A DNA stretch of 64,000 nucleotides. Source: Marsupella aquatica (lineage: Eukaryota; Plantae; Marchantiophyta). The DNA lies in the NCBI GenBank assembly GCA_973895155.1, contig OZ316894.1, forward strand, positions 24,674,709 to 24,738,708, given 5' to 3'. Position numbers and translations under genes: made by a program. Below the pieces are notes generated by a model. That model ran no database searches. It saw nothing but the letters and a program-made list of their open reading frames with translations, and was not told the DNA's origin. Shown one piece after another: positions 1 to 12,801 of the stretch (its first letter is position 1; each line of letters begins with the position of its first letter).

Positions 1-499
1 GTTGTATAGCTGAGACCAAATGAATTTTGTTCGTTGCGCTCGTCTCGTTGTCACTGCCTTCTTAAACACACCTAAGAGCAACCTTATCCCCTGGCCAGAC
101 CAATCCGGCAACAGTTTGCAACAACTGAGTGCGCTTCAAGACGAGAAGAGGCCGGCCCCTCGGCAACTACACGACGCGACAAAACATCATCATCAGCATC
201 TTCTTCTCCGAGACAAGATGGCAGATAAAAACTACAGGCCCCTCCTCAAGCCGGTAATTGGATCAAAACCATTCCAGTACTGAATGTACTATCTGCTTTA
301 TCTGATCATCAACACCCCTGGTGACGCGCCTGCTAACCCTCCCATTCTACGTAAGGGCTGAGAATTCAAATCAAATCAGATTTCCCTCAGACGCTACTCT
401 TCCTCCTCCTCCTACTACTACTACTCCCCGCCCTGCTACTGCTGCTGCTTGCATACATCTTCTCTCTCTCCCTTCTTCCAAACAGAAAATCTGTATATA

Positions 500-817
500 C
501 TCTTTAGGTTTCACTACTTCTGCTTGCCTGTCGATTACTGAGCACTTACTATCTGAAATCACTTGGCCATTGAAGCATAAAATCAATCAATAAATTAATC
601 AATCAGTCAATCAATCAAGTCAATTCCTCGCCACAAGACCAGCGAGCTAACCTTTTGCTCTTTAGGTTTCACTACTTCTGCTTGCCTGTCGATTACTGAG
701 CACTTACTATCTGAAATCACTTGGCCATTGAAGCATAAAATCAATCAATAAATTAATCAATCAGTCAATCAATCAAGTCAATTCCTCGCCACAAGACCAG
801 CGAGCTAACCTTTTGCT
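500..817. repeat. Near-exact 158-bp tandem duplication (2 copies)
   Basis: 500-657 and 658-815 both read ctctttaggtttcactacttctgc...gaccagcgagctaaccttttg; no differences seen by eye. Confidence 0.95.
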
Positions 818-1904
818 TCGAGAATTCCTCCACTACGATCCTTCCCAATCAGCCCTTCCAAATTGTTCCTCCTTTTCCACAATTGCCACTAATCTTCGAA
901 ATCCGATCTTCTTCAGAGTCCTCTCCTCCTGCTACTCCTGCTGCTTGCATAGATTCCTCGCTTCCTTGAGTGCACCGCACCCTTCCTTCCTTTTGTCCCT
1001 CCCTCACCACACAATTATTAGCTAGCCTAGCAGACAGACCCACAATTTCCTCAACTAAGTCTCTTTCCAAGCCAAGTTTCGCCTGGTCCGATATTTCGAC
1101 GAGAACGAGTAGCGAGAGCGGCAATGAGGTGGGTCCGACTCCTCCTCCTCCTCCTCCGCAATACAATTAACTTCCTTACCGGAGAGCCGGCCACCACTAC
1201 TCTACCGCCTATACTACTCCATCGGTCGACCACCTTCCTCCTCACCGTCGTACAATTCTCGCCCCTTGTGCTCAGCCACCGTTAATCTTCACAGTAAAGT
1301 AAGTCCACTGCAGTCCCGCCAACGAAATCGGCCAAAACCACTCGCTGCTGCTGATGGCTCGTCGTTCGAAGAATGTTCGGGCAATGATGGAAGGAGGAAG
1401 ACAGAAAAAAATCCACTGAGAGGGGAAGATTCCACCAAAGTTTTATAAACCAGGAAAAAAACAAAGTACAATGAAAGGAAAGAAAAAGTGGTCCAACGAA
1501 AAAGAGGTCCACTGAGAAAGAGTAAAAAAAAAGTCCAGAGAGGAGCACGAGAAGAACCAAAGTCAAGAATCGAAAATCATGAATCAATTGGTCTGCGCCA
1601 CAGCCATGAAGGTACGATGATCAATCGGCCAAAATAAGCGGCATTGCGAGGTTCTCCAAATTGACGCCCAACCGGGAGAAAACTTGGACAGCAAGGGAGA
1701 GAGATGGAGAGAGAGAGAGAAAGCGAAAGAGGGCGGAATGTTCGACTGGACTGATTGACTGATGCCCCACCAGAGTGAATCCATTTCCTGGAGTGGGGAT
1801 GGGTGAGCGGTGGAGAGGCCAGCGGACATAGCTTTTGCTTTAGAATCTGAATTGTCGTGACAAGAAGATCCTGGAATCCACGAAAAGTCTGATGTGGGAC
1901 TTTG

Positions 1905-2420
1905 ACCACGATTCATGTATGATAGCTTCAGGTGCAAGAGGAGGTACATTGGCCCCGCATCTACCTTTCACTAACCACGATTCATCTATGATAGCTTCAG
2001 GTACCACAGGAGGTACATTGGCCCGCATCTACCTCTCACTAATCACACACCAAAAAGTATCACACATCAATCTCACTAATCACACACCAAAATGTATCAC
2101 ACATCAATCTCACTAATCACACACAGAGTTAAAGAAAATAACGAGGTTTGGGCACTCATAGAGTTAAAGAAAATAACGAAGTTTATCATGGTATGGAGTG
2201 GTATGCACTCACCAATTTAAAAATAATAATGAGGTCTATCATGGTATGGAATGGTGTGCACTCACTATTAGAAAAGAATGAGGTTTATCATGGTATGGAC
2301 CATATAAACCTCATCATGGTATGGTATTTTGCAAAGTTTCACCCAATAAACACCCCATGACATTCAGGAAAACATTCAGCCATTTTTCAACTTTTGCACA
2401 GTTTCACCCAATAAACACCC
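1905..2420. repeat. Cluster of short tandem repeats, probably a degenerate transposon end
   Basis: ~70-bp unit x2 (accacgattcat.tatgatagcttcaggt...gcatctacct at ~1905 and ~1975); ~36-bp unit (tctcactaatcacacaccaaaa.gtatcacacatcaa) x2.5; units with aatgaggtttatcatggtatgg x3-4; agtttcacccaataaacacccc x2. The tatcatggtat motif recurs at ~34300-34560. Confidence 0.7.
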
Positions 2421-5400
2421 CTGCACATAGCAAAATGCACCACAAAAAGTACCAAATAGTTGAAAATTGTGCAAAATGGATATGCTTTACTGTGCAATGT
2501 CACCCAGCACTAAGGTGGGTGGGTACTAGGTAGATTGGGTCATGGTTTACACATCAAAATATGACATATATAGTATACAATATATTCTTGCACAGCATTT
2601 GCAAATTTTCTGAGTCATGCATAAAATGTTCTTTTGGGTGTTCTATTGGGTGACACCGTTTACAACACAAATGGGAATGCAGATCGGGTACTTTTCAAAC
2701 AGCGCTTTTCAAAATTTTGTAAGCCATGCTCAGAGTGTTTTATTAGTGGAGTTCAGCAAAACTTTCAAGCACTACACCAATATTAACTTTTTGGGCAATG
2801 CATGTGCAAACCTGCTTGACTGTAAGGTAGTAATTATAACTGTCATTACTTATTCCAGGTAGATTAGACTCAAATCTACCCGTCTGTCCACCAAAGTTCC
2901 CAAGATAGGGATAAAGATGAAAATAATGCAGCCCAAAATGTAGACAGGTGAAATGCAGCCCCTCATTTGACATCATCTTTAAAAAAATACTAAAAAATAA
3001 AGCCCCTCACATTCCTTGCTTGAGAAGGTTCTTGATTCTTTAATCCAATAAACCTCCAACCCAGTTTTCCAAGAAAGAGGGAAGGGTGAAACTTGGCCCC
3101 TAAATCTCCTGTTTCAGAAGGTTTTGAATCCATAAATAATATTAAATGTTTGATTTGTGTTTCTATATGGCTGTGGAGATTATAATTTTCTCCTCTTCTC
3201 TCTCATCATTCAGCTCCCCACCTCACAAAAATTGAGTGAACCAACAAAAACAGAATATACTCTTGTAAACTGAAGCCCCATGGACCTACCCATTAGACAA
3301 AATGCCCAGGTGGACTGCAGAAAAAACTTTTGGTAGCATGACAGCATTTTTCCTTTCCAAAACGTTTCATACTTGTTTTGGTCAATGGTCACCCGGTTCA
3401 TTTGGGTCGCAAGGTTCATGTGAGTGGTCCATCCAAGCAGTACTTGAGCAATACTTTCCCCAAACCTTCTTTGCCCCTGGGGATCCCTGAAAGTAAATCC
3501 CAAAACTCCATCTAGAAAATAACTTGGGGGGCGGGGCAGGTGAGGGAAGCAATACAGGGAAGCAACACATGGGCAAAAAACTAATGGGAATGACAGTTTT
3601 TCTCCAAAACATATAGCCAGGGCAGTGGCATTTTGGGATTTTCTTGTTGTTTTAAATCCATGTCAATTTTGGGTATCCACTGACCAGCCCAATGCCTGTG
3701 TATTGCATGATTGTCATTGCAGTCATGTGAGCAAAGAAGTGTGCAGAAAAGCATAGTCAGCAGAATTGCATGTTGGGTCAGTGACCGTGTGCGCCCTGCA
3801 TTGTGTGGTGCTGCTGAACATAAGTCAGGAGAGCGAGCCAGGAGGGAGAGATGCAAGAGCAAGGCATGGGCGAAGGGAGGCAAACTTGAGGGTTTAGGGT
3901 CTTGCTTGTTTGTCTTATGTTCTTCTTCTATTAGTCATTTTTAAAAAAATTTGCAAACACTCTTTGTACTCCTTCAGTGTTGTCTAACACTTGCAGTTTT
4001 AAAAATAGTTGTTGAAAGTTAATTGAGTCTTTTAAGAACTGTCCATAGAACAAATTTGTTCGGAAATTGGGAAACCTTTTAGCCAGTGACATGCTTCAGG
4101 TAGAGTCTAGCAAAACATTCTCTAGTGAAAGAACCCCCCTTCTTAGAATAACGGGGGAGAATAACTTTCTGTGTCTGAGGCATTCCCAGTTTGACATAAG
4201 CTTGAATTAACAAACTAAAAGCATGTAAACTCCCTTCCTGTTGGGAAGTCTCCCAAAGGATGCTTGAGCTGAAAGTCCTTGGGGATTTGTTTTGGAAAAC
4301 ACCTCCCAGGAGAATTTGAGCTTACACTCTTTTGATACTGTGACCAGGTGACCGTCTACTTCTGAGTCTTATTCATGACATCCACAAGCACATGTTGCTT
4401 GTTGACATCATGCAAAAACCCAATTCTAGATTAATCTCCACATTTAATCTAAAGTTGCAAGTTTTCTGAACCAGGCATCTTATAAGTGCCTAAACAACTT
4501 GCCAAATCTGTCCTAGTTATCAGAAACTGATAAGTGCCTGAACAACTGAATGTAACCCCGTGCACCTCTGTTAGACTCAGTTAGACAATCCATTTGTGAC
4601 AGTGTTCTAGAGTCCATCCAAGTTGTTTAGGCAAGGGCTGGGACCCTTTTAGCAGAAATTGCTTGATGAGGTTAATTGTCACACCAAAATTTAGTTTTGA
4701 TCATGGTTTAAAGTTTCAAATTTAAATTAGAGTTGCCCTTTAGTTCCATGTGGAATTTTGTAGTGGTTTAAACATACTCCTTCAAGCCAAAAACTATAAA
4801 CTCACTGGCACGATTAATGTTTTTGGGCTACGAACTCCCTTAAACATGAAAAAAGTTTTTTCATAAGATTTTTATCTTGACAATCTTGATTTAGTTCTTT
4901 TCAGATTCAATAGCATCCCCACTGGGGACTGTAGTGTAACCTATATTTTCACTTGGACCTGAGACCTGGTGGTCTCAAGTCCTAGTGAGAGTCCTTGCTG
5001 CTGGTCGCTTGCCAGCCCTTGTCATTTGTTTTGTTCTTTTCATGGCGATGACAGGGAAATTATGGGAACAGAACTGTTGCAAACAAGGAAGCAGACCTGG
5101 AGGAGAGTAAAACTAAGGAGCTGCAACCTGACCTCGACATTTGACCTAAGTCATCAAAATATCTTTGCAATTTGCAAAACTTAAATTATCATTTTTTGGT
5201 CCGTTTTGAATGGAGAACAAGTTTCATGCATTTTTGGAGTCTAAAAACTTCGGTGCATCATTTTTTCCAAGTCAGGCATGACAAGTTTGCAGATAGGTTT
5301 GTTGCAGAATTTAGTTTCACTTCTGCTGATGAAGATCTAGCATCCCCAGTGGGAACTCTTGCAGACTACATTTTCACCTAGTAAGTTTGGAGAAGATGAG

Positions 5401-5910
5401 GTCACTCACAGACTACATTTAGATTACACATGTCATGATGACTCCGAAATCTTTCACAGATCTGATTCCTCAGACATAGTCGTTACTCTAGAAGTGCTCC
5501 AGGTCGGAGTAAGTTTTAGGGAACCAGTTCCAAAGACACCAAAGTTGGGGAGAAAAATGATATTCCGTGAGGCAGAGGTCTTGTAGTAGGATCGTTGGCC
5601 AGATTTGAGAAGTGGATGCTCCAACGGGTTGTACCTCTGCTCATCTGAGATGAAGATACCCAGCTGAAGCATCATGACTCTTATCATCATAATACTACAA
5701 GGGGAAGAGATCAGATAAACCCCTGAGGAATCCCGCTTTGCAGCCCAGTTTTGATCATGCTGTAACGAATAAGCAACAAGACATGCCTCCGGCAAATTAT
5801 GATACAGGCAAAATTTTCGTTCTTGATCTTGATCAAGAATGTTAAAAATGTTTAAATAGCTATTAACAACGAAAGATTTAATTTCCCGTTGTCCTCGCCT
5901 TCCAATCCTG

Positions 5911-8900
5911 TTAGCTAACCTTTGAAAGGGCTGCAAAGAAGGCAGCAGTGTGTTCTGGCCTTCCCACCGAGATCCGAATATAGTTCTTAAGTTCTTTATT
6001 ATCATAATGACGCACCATCACTCCTTCTTTTGCCAGCTCCCCCTGCGCTAGAAACACTACTGAATTAGCAGTCTGGGACACTCTTTCCACAGAAGAGCAC
6101 AAGAAGCAATGATTTATGATAAACCGAGCTACCTCGCACGAGTCCAAAACCTGCAATTTTCTCAATGAGGAAGATGGTTGAGGACTTGTTACCTTCAACT
6201 GCTTGGCACTTTTGCTGGAGTCGGTCACAGAACAGAGGACGAAGTTGGAGTTGCTAGGGTACGGAGTAAGAAACGGAACATCTTGCAACAACTTGAATAG
6301 CTTCTCCCTTTCGTTCACAAGAGCCACTTTCACATCCTGTATCAGCACCGGATCAAGAAGATATTTACTAACTGCCATGGCTACAAAAGTACCAACACAA
6401 GTAAGTACCACATATAAACTTACGCAGCACAAGCGAGGAACTATTCGTTTGCTGCCTTCCTAAAGTCAATCAATGGTGGACGCTACTCAGAAGTAACCAG
6501 CCACACTTGACGGACTAAGGTGCTCCGTTAAGTGGCATTGATAAGTCAAAGAGAGAAACGAACACAATCACGAGCGTACCTCCAAGTAATCCGGGTTTTT
6601 CAGTGCTGCACAAGCTGCCACTTCGGCAGCAACTGATACATTGTATGGCTGTTTGGCCCTCCAGAGGAACTCAATAATACCCAGAGGAAAAGCACCATAG
6701 CCAACTCGAATACCCGCGAGGCCTGTTTTCAAAAGGAATGAAACGAAATGAGCGGCTGCAAAAGTTGCAAAGCTAAAACTACAACGGTCTGCTTCCTTAA
6801 CAAAGGGGAAGCACGTGTCGGACGACCTTTCAACGAAAATAAATTCATTTTGTGGATTCTTCTTGGCACCGGTTTTCGTACAAATTAAACTTGAAAGGAG
6901 CCAGGTTTAGGGTTTAGGTCGGTCAGGGGTCCAGGAAACCGAAACGCACACAATCAACCTCTTTTGAATTCCATATAATGCATACCCGAATATGGTCCAA
7001 GACTCCTTAAAAGGCAAAAAGTTAGAACGTTGAGAACCTGCACGCTTGCTGAAAGTTCGAAGGACGATTAGGTTTCCAAACTTTTTCACCCAAGGCATTC
7101 GAGAAGGCTCAGATGCAAACTCAATGTACGCCTCATCCAGAACTACCAGCACAGGCAACTTGAGAAGCTCCAGCAGATGTTCTTCGGTGATCAAGCTGAT
7201 CATGACAACTCCACGCAGTGTCAGAGATCCTCGTTTCTAGTTTAGTGAGAAGAAATTCACCACACAGGGTCACTCACATTTATGTGCTTGGCCAGAAAAG
7301 CTGATATTTACTTGCGAGTCGTACAGATCTCAATTACCTGCCGTCTGGGTTGTTCGGCGAAGTGACAAATAAAAGCTTAGGGGAATGCCGCTGTGCAGCG
7401 TCCAAAACTTGTGGCATATTTAAACTGAAGTCCTTCAGCCTCGGAACTGTCATAACCAAAAAAACTCAGATTAAAGAGGCACTGTTCGGGTCCCTAAAGA
7501 ATTGTGTCTAAAACTCAATCTGACTTGACCATGACAGTTTTCCGGTGAGGAAGAATCTAGTCAAAAAGCTTCTACATCAGTTTTGATGTTCTAAGAAAGA
7601 TTCTGACTAACAATGACAGTTTTCTCATAATTCAGCTTCGGTGTTAGTATCAGACCTTTGATCACATTGGCTCCATTGACTGCCGCATCGAAAGCATACA
7701 TGGTGAAGGTGGGTGGAAAATCTAGAATGGTATCACCCGGATCTAGGGTACATCTGCACGCACAAGTCACTCAGCAGCAGTTCAGAAATCACTGTGAAGG
7801 ACTTGCGAAATCTAAATCATGGCGGCGGAGAAGGAGCGAAGGAATAATACCTCATTATGAGATCAATAAGTTCGTCAGCACCACAACCGACCAAAATATG
7901 CTCAGCACCCAGCCCAGAATCTTCTGCAAGTGCTGCACGCAGCCTTCGACTCTCTGGATCAGGATATATGTTTGGAAACTCCATTTTGCCCAGCGCTTCC
8001 ATCACCTGCTCAATAGCAAATCCTGACCTAATATTGATTTGCGACAAACAATAGAGGTTCTATAATTCTCGAAGCAAAAGGTCCTCATTGACAGAACCCT
8101 ACATCATCAACTTTCTAGAGACTGTCCTAAATCTCATTGGGTGACCACTAGACTAATCCTCGACGTTGAGTAAGACTCCGTACCGCTAATTTACAATATA
8201 AGAATAAATGAAGAAGATGAAAAGTTCATCTGTAAATGAAATAAAAGTACGTGGAGGAAGCAACTATTTCAGGCGCTCGATATTCCATAGCTACGTTCCC
8301 AGATTTCTTGCAATTACCTCTGGTGGGGGCCCATAAGGGTTCTCATTAGCGTCCAGCTTTACAATATCCTTAGGTGATCTGCCGAGTCTGGCGGACAATA
8401 TCTGCAGGGCACATTGAGAATTTTCAATCAAAGCTCCCACCTATGTAAATCGTTCTATCTCACCAAATCGTTTTCCACCTCCCTTCCACTTCCACCTGGT
8501 TCCCAAGAACCACTTTAGACACATAGTACGAGAATGAGAGCACAAGACGGCAAGGAGTCAGAAATGACCTCGAATGGTTCAATGGGAGTGTAAGGAGCGA
8601 GCTCAAGTAAATGAGGCCGAATAAAACTCACTCCCGTCGCAGGCTCACGCACAATGGGAGCCAAAGACGCAGCACAAAGCGACCCATACCTATCAATGGA
8701 TCAAAAACGTCCTCAGCTCAAATATACCAAATCATACACCGAAAAGTCAAAATTTCAAAGTGGTAAGAAAATTCCTCGTTGTGCCAAAATCTCCCCCACA
8801 CATGGAAAACAGACCAAAGCCGAAACACCAAAAAATTCAAAGCGACCAGCAAACTTAAGGTTAAACCGACATCTCCGTTCATAAATTCCGAGGAATGTCA

Positions 8901-9058
8901 TACCTCCGTGAAGCGGGCTGTGAAGTGGGGACGGTACCGAACGAGGGGCGAGACGACGACAGCAGCTCCGCTTGCGAGAGGCGCGGAGAAGTCATGCTGT
9001 GAGACAGGGGGAGAGAAGGAGGAGCAGAGCCCACCGAGGGGCAGGACGCATTGAGCAT
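5911..9058 (-). CDS. HISN6: Histidinol-phosphate aminotransferase, plastid-targeted (10 exons)
   Basis: GT-AG exons with compatible phases: 9058-8904, 8689-8569, 8401-8318, 8005-7851, 7753-7656, 7446-7338, 7195-7038, 6722-6580, 6336-6193, 6042-5911. Ser/Pro-rich transit peptide [17 protein letters not shown]..., then [72 protein letters not shown] (PLP Lys), [11 protein letters not shown]. These match class I/II PLP aminotransferases of the HisC type. Confidence 0.96.
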
Positions 9059-9929
9059 CGTGAGTGATCTTTTTCGTGTGAGAGAGCAATGCAGAGCTCA
9101 CAGAATCAGATAAAACCTTCGAGTTGAACGACGAGAACGACGAGATTGCTAAAAGCTGTGCCACAAGTCCAGTGAACTCTGTGACGAGAGCTTTGCCAAA
9201 TTTTCACCAGAGGCTTTTCGAGCTCATCATGGACACAGAGGTCGAGCCGGTTGCCGGTAATCGAACCCGTTTACTAAAAGGGGGTGGGGGTGGGGGTGAG
9301 AATTGCAAGCATAGGGGGTGGAATGCCAACACAACCATCAGATAGAATGCTTTGTTTTCGCTTTATTTGCCTTGCAAAGAGTATTGCAACATTTAAATAA
9401 AATATGAGCTGTTGGTGACAACCCGGGCCCCCAGAGTACTGGGCTCCCATCACCGGGAGTGCCAGAACCCTTCTCCCTTTATCTGGAAAATGGCATATAA
9501 CCACTGGAAAAATGACAAAAGCGGCTCTGGGATTTCTAAGGGTGGTGTTGGGCCGCACCTTAATGTAAATCTGGCCAGACTTTGTTCCAAAGATAAGAAA
9601 CTTCTAAGCTAGCCTTTGGTCATATATCTAACTACTATAATATACAATCCCGCGTCTTTCTCATTTCGTAAGCAGACGATTCTCAAAAAGAAGCGGGATC
9701 ACATTGTGTCTGTTGGATTAAAATGCTTATTTTTTGCACCGTTAGATCGTATCATCAGTGTTCTGGAGCTCATTTTGGGAAAATTATGGTCCAGGCCTTT
9801 CTGTCGACGACAAGACCTGACTCCCTCTCCATCTTTTTATCACCTGACGTGGGGACGACAAGATCTGACATGTCATAGCCGCTCGCGGCGGCTTGGTCCA
9901 GGCGCTCTGTTGAGGCGCCCCCAAAAACC

Positions 9930-10900
9930 CCAGTGTCGATCATACTCCCGGGCGAGTCCACCCTTGCCAAGACCCCAACGTCGACCCTAGCCTCGCCTCC
10001 CTCTCGCCACTCTCTCCTTCCCTCCCTCGCGCGACTCTATCCTTGCCGTGGGCTGTGGGAGTCGACCACCCCCACCCTGACTCCCTCGCTCGCCATGCCT
10101 CTCTCGCCGTGGCCTGTGGGAGTCGACCCCCGCCCCCACCCCGACTCACTGCCCTCGCCTCCCCGGCTCCCCTCGCCTCGCCGGGGCTCGGAGTCGACCC
10201 CCGCCCCCACCCCGACTCACTCCCTCGCCTCCAAGGCTCCCCTCCCCTCGCCTCGCCCCGCGCCGCTCGCTGCCCCTCCCTCTCGACAATTTTCTCCCCC
10301 TCCCCCACGGCCCCACTCCGACTCCTCTCTCCCCCTCCCCCGACTTGCACATTTTTGCGAGCCCTCCTTTGACTCGCTCTGCAGTCCTCCCGACTCGCAC
10401 AGGGGAGAAAGTCCAGGCGAGGGGACGTGAGGGAGGGAGGGAGGTGAGGCGAGGCTCCTGCGAGGCGAGGGAGTCCTCCGTGGCCTGTGCGGTGCGAGGC
10501 GAGGGGAGCCAGCGCGAGGCGAGGCCGGCGCGGGGTGAGGGGAGCCGGCGCGAGACAAGGCGACCCGGGGTGCTGCAAGGCCGGCGAGCAGGGGCGCTAG
10601 GAGGGGAGCCGGGGCGTTATGAGGCGAGGCCGGTGCGTGGTGAGGAGGCGCGAGGCGAGCCGGGCCGAGGCGAGGGGAGCAAGGGCGTTGCGAGGGGAGG
10701 GGGCGCGGTGAAGGAAGCCGGGGCACTGCAAGGCGAGGGGAGCTGCAGAGGTCAGTCGACCTCGGCGTGGCAACTGGCTTGCCAGAGGGGATCAAACCCA
10801 AGACACGCATCGGGCCAGGCCGCTCACGCCCTCTGCCACGGCCGTTTTGGCGTGCCAGTGGGAATCAAACCCAAGACACACATCGGGCCTGGCCGCTCAC
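9930..10900. repeat. GC-rich, strand-asymmetric low-complexity block inside the Helitron
   Basis: C-rich half with cctcgcc / gagtcgacc.c.c.ccc.accc.gactc units (~9980-10345) followed by a G-rich half with gaggcgagg units (~10415-10745). Confidence 0.8.
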
Positions 10901-11489
10901 GCCCTCTGCGACGGCCGTTGGTTGACGCTCGCTTCATAAAAGTGCCTTTTTTCCAGTCCACATCATCTTGCTCGCGGCCATTCACTCCAGGCGTTTTGCC
11001 CTCCCAAATGGCCAAAGCCAACACACACAACCTGACGCAGGTGCAGCGCATAAACCTCCCGCACGGCCAAAACCCTGACGCGCGACACTCACTTGCGAGA
11101 CTCTGCCTATCCGCTCCCCATTCCCTTTGTATTTTTGGGTTTGACGCCAAAATATGGGTGGCTAAGGTGGTCCGGGGGTCACAGGACCCCAGAAGCATAT
11201 ATAAGGAGGGTGTGTTGTTCTTGGAGGTAATGGGATCATTACGGCAGCTTGCGTGACGGCTTTTGGGGTGACCAGTTTTGGGGAGGATGGCTTGGGTGAC
11301 CATTCTTTTGGGGGGATTTTGTGTTTGGGGTGACCACCATTGGTGATAGCTCGGGCATATTTTGGGAGGATTTGGATTTCATGGCAACCACTATGGGCCA
11401 TGGGATGGGTGACGGCAGACCATGGGCCATGGGACTGGGTGTCGGCCAAACCATGGGTGACAACTGAGGCAAGCAGATTTTGGCAGCCT

Positions 11490-11629
11490 CTATAAAATTC
11501 TCGGGTGACCCCAATGGATTTCGGGAGCCTCTCTAAAATTCTAGGGTGACCCCAATGGATTTCGGGAGCCTCTCTAAAATTCTTGGGTGACCCCAATGGA
11601 TTTCGGGAGCCTCTCTAAAATTCTCGGGT
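11490..11629. repeat. 41-bp tandem repeat (~3.4 copies) inside the Helitron
   Basis: ctctaaaattct.gggtgaccccaatggatttcgggagcct starting at 11490, 11531, 11572 and 11613 (partial). Confidence 0.9.
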
Positions 11630-12801
11630 CGAACCAGCGAGAGCTTGGGATATGCGTGTGGCATATATGAGGATACCATAGGAGCAAGAGACATTCTGGA
11701 TTGCCTTGAAGGTTGGGAGGGTGAGATGAGGGGTCCCGGTAAGCAGTATCCTCGACGGATATTGGGTCCCCATCAAAGTCTCAAGTCTCTTGCAATGGTG
11801 TGGCCCAGCCGGCGTTCAATATAGTTAGGGGTCTGTCGAGCTTGAATGAATTTGGATTTTAAAAAATAATCATCTGTTTTGTGGGTTGGATGCAGATGAT
11901 TAAAGGGGTTGAACATTTTGGGGCAACATGAGAACTCCGGGGGAGAGATCAGAGGCAAATCGCGAGCGATATGCTTAGAACAAGGATGCAATAAATGCAA
12001 GGCGTCGCCAGCAATACGCCCGCCGCCGATGGTCGCGAGTGGAGAATGGTGTGCCCCAGGTCCATGCCGAACCAGAACAAAGTGTCTCACCAAATGTGGG
12101 TCCCTTGGTTCCAGCAATAGTTCCCACACCATGTGTGCCAACTACGGTACAAGAGCCAAGGGCCAGTAGTGGGAGACAACTGCGACGGGAAGCAAGGGCT
12201 GTACAAGGGGCATTGGCCCCCATTGAGGAGAGAACTTTGGGACCAACTGCAGTGCCTGGCCGTGCAAGTAGTGTGAGACAATTGCTTCGTGAAGCAAGAG
12301 GGATGCACCAGGCATCGGCCAGATCCATGGCTATGAGGGCCAGTCGAGAGGGTGCCCCAAGTGCCTTGGATGCATGTGAGACCGAACACTGTTTGGAGCA
12401 ATTTGTGCCTACCCCTCCATGTGAGCCCATACCCAACAATGAGTCGAGAGATCCCAATGTCTTTGATGAAGATTGGCTCATTCATGGTGCTTTACAGGAC
12501 AGAGCTAACTCCATGTGTGTCATTCCGCCCTGTGAATCGATACCAAATAGTGTATGAGCTGACCCTGACATCTTTGATGAGGATTGGCTCATTCATGGTG
12601 CCTTGCATGGGGAAGTGGCCCTATTGTTGATGATGGTGGTGGTCACTTGACACATTTGTTGAGGGCACCTTACATTTGTCAGATCAAGAGGGGGAATAAG
12701 AGATTGAGCACATCCTCCAACAAGAATTTGGAGGGAGTGACCTTGCACCGGTTACCCCGGCTCAACCCAGTGCAGAAGATATTTTCCGAGAACGTCAGAG
12801 A

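Noticed and set aside
5172-5586. Protein-like plus-strand ORF pair downstream of HISN6
   Set aside because: No ATG start, clear splice model or recognisable family; cannot be supported.
8898-9164. 88-aa GTG-initiated ORF as the first exon of HISN6 (non-AUG start)
   Set aside because: It is in the wrong phase for the 8903 donor and 8689 acceptor; the ATG at 9058 in another frame splices in phase and encodes a typical transit peptide.
9933-11303. Several long overlapping ORFs (165-303 aa) as captured genes
   Set aside because: They are Pro/Arg/Gly/Ala-rich translations of GC-rich repeats that lack stops in many frames; no domain is recognisable.
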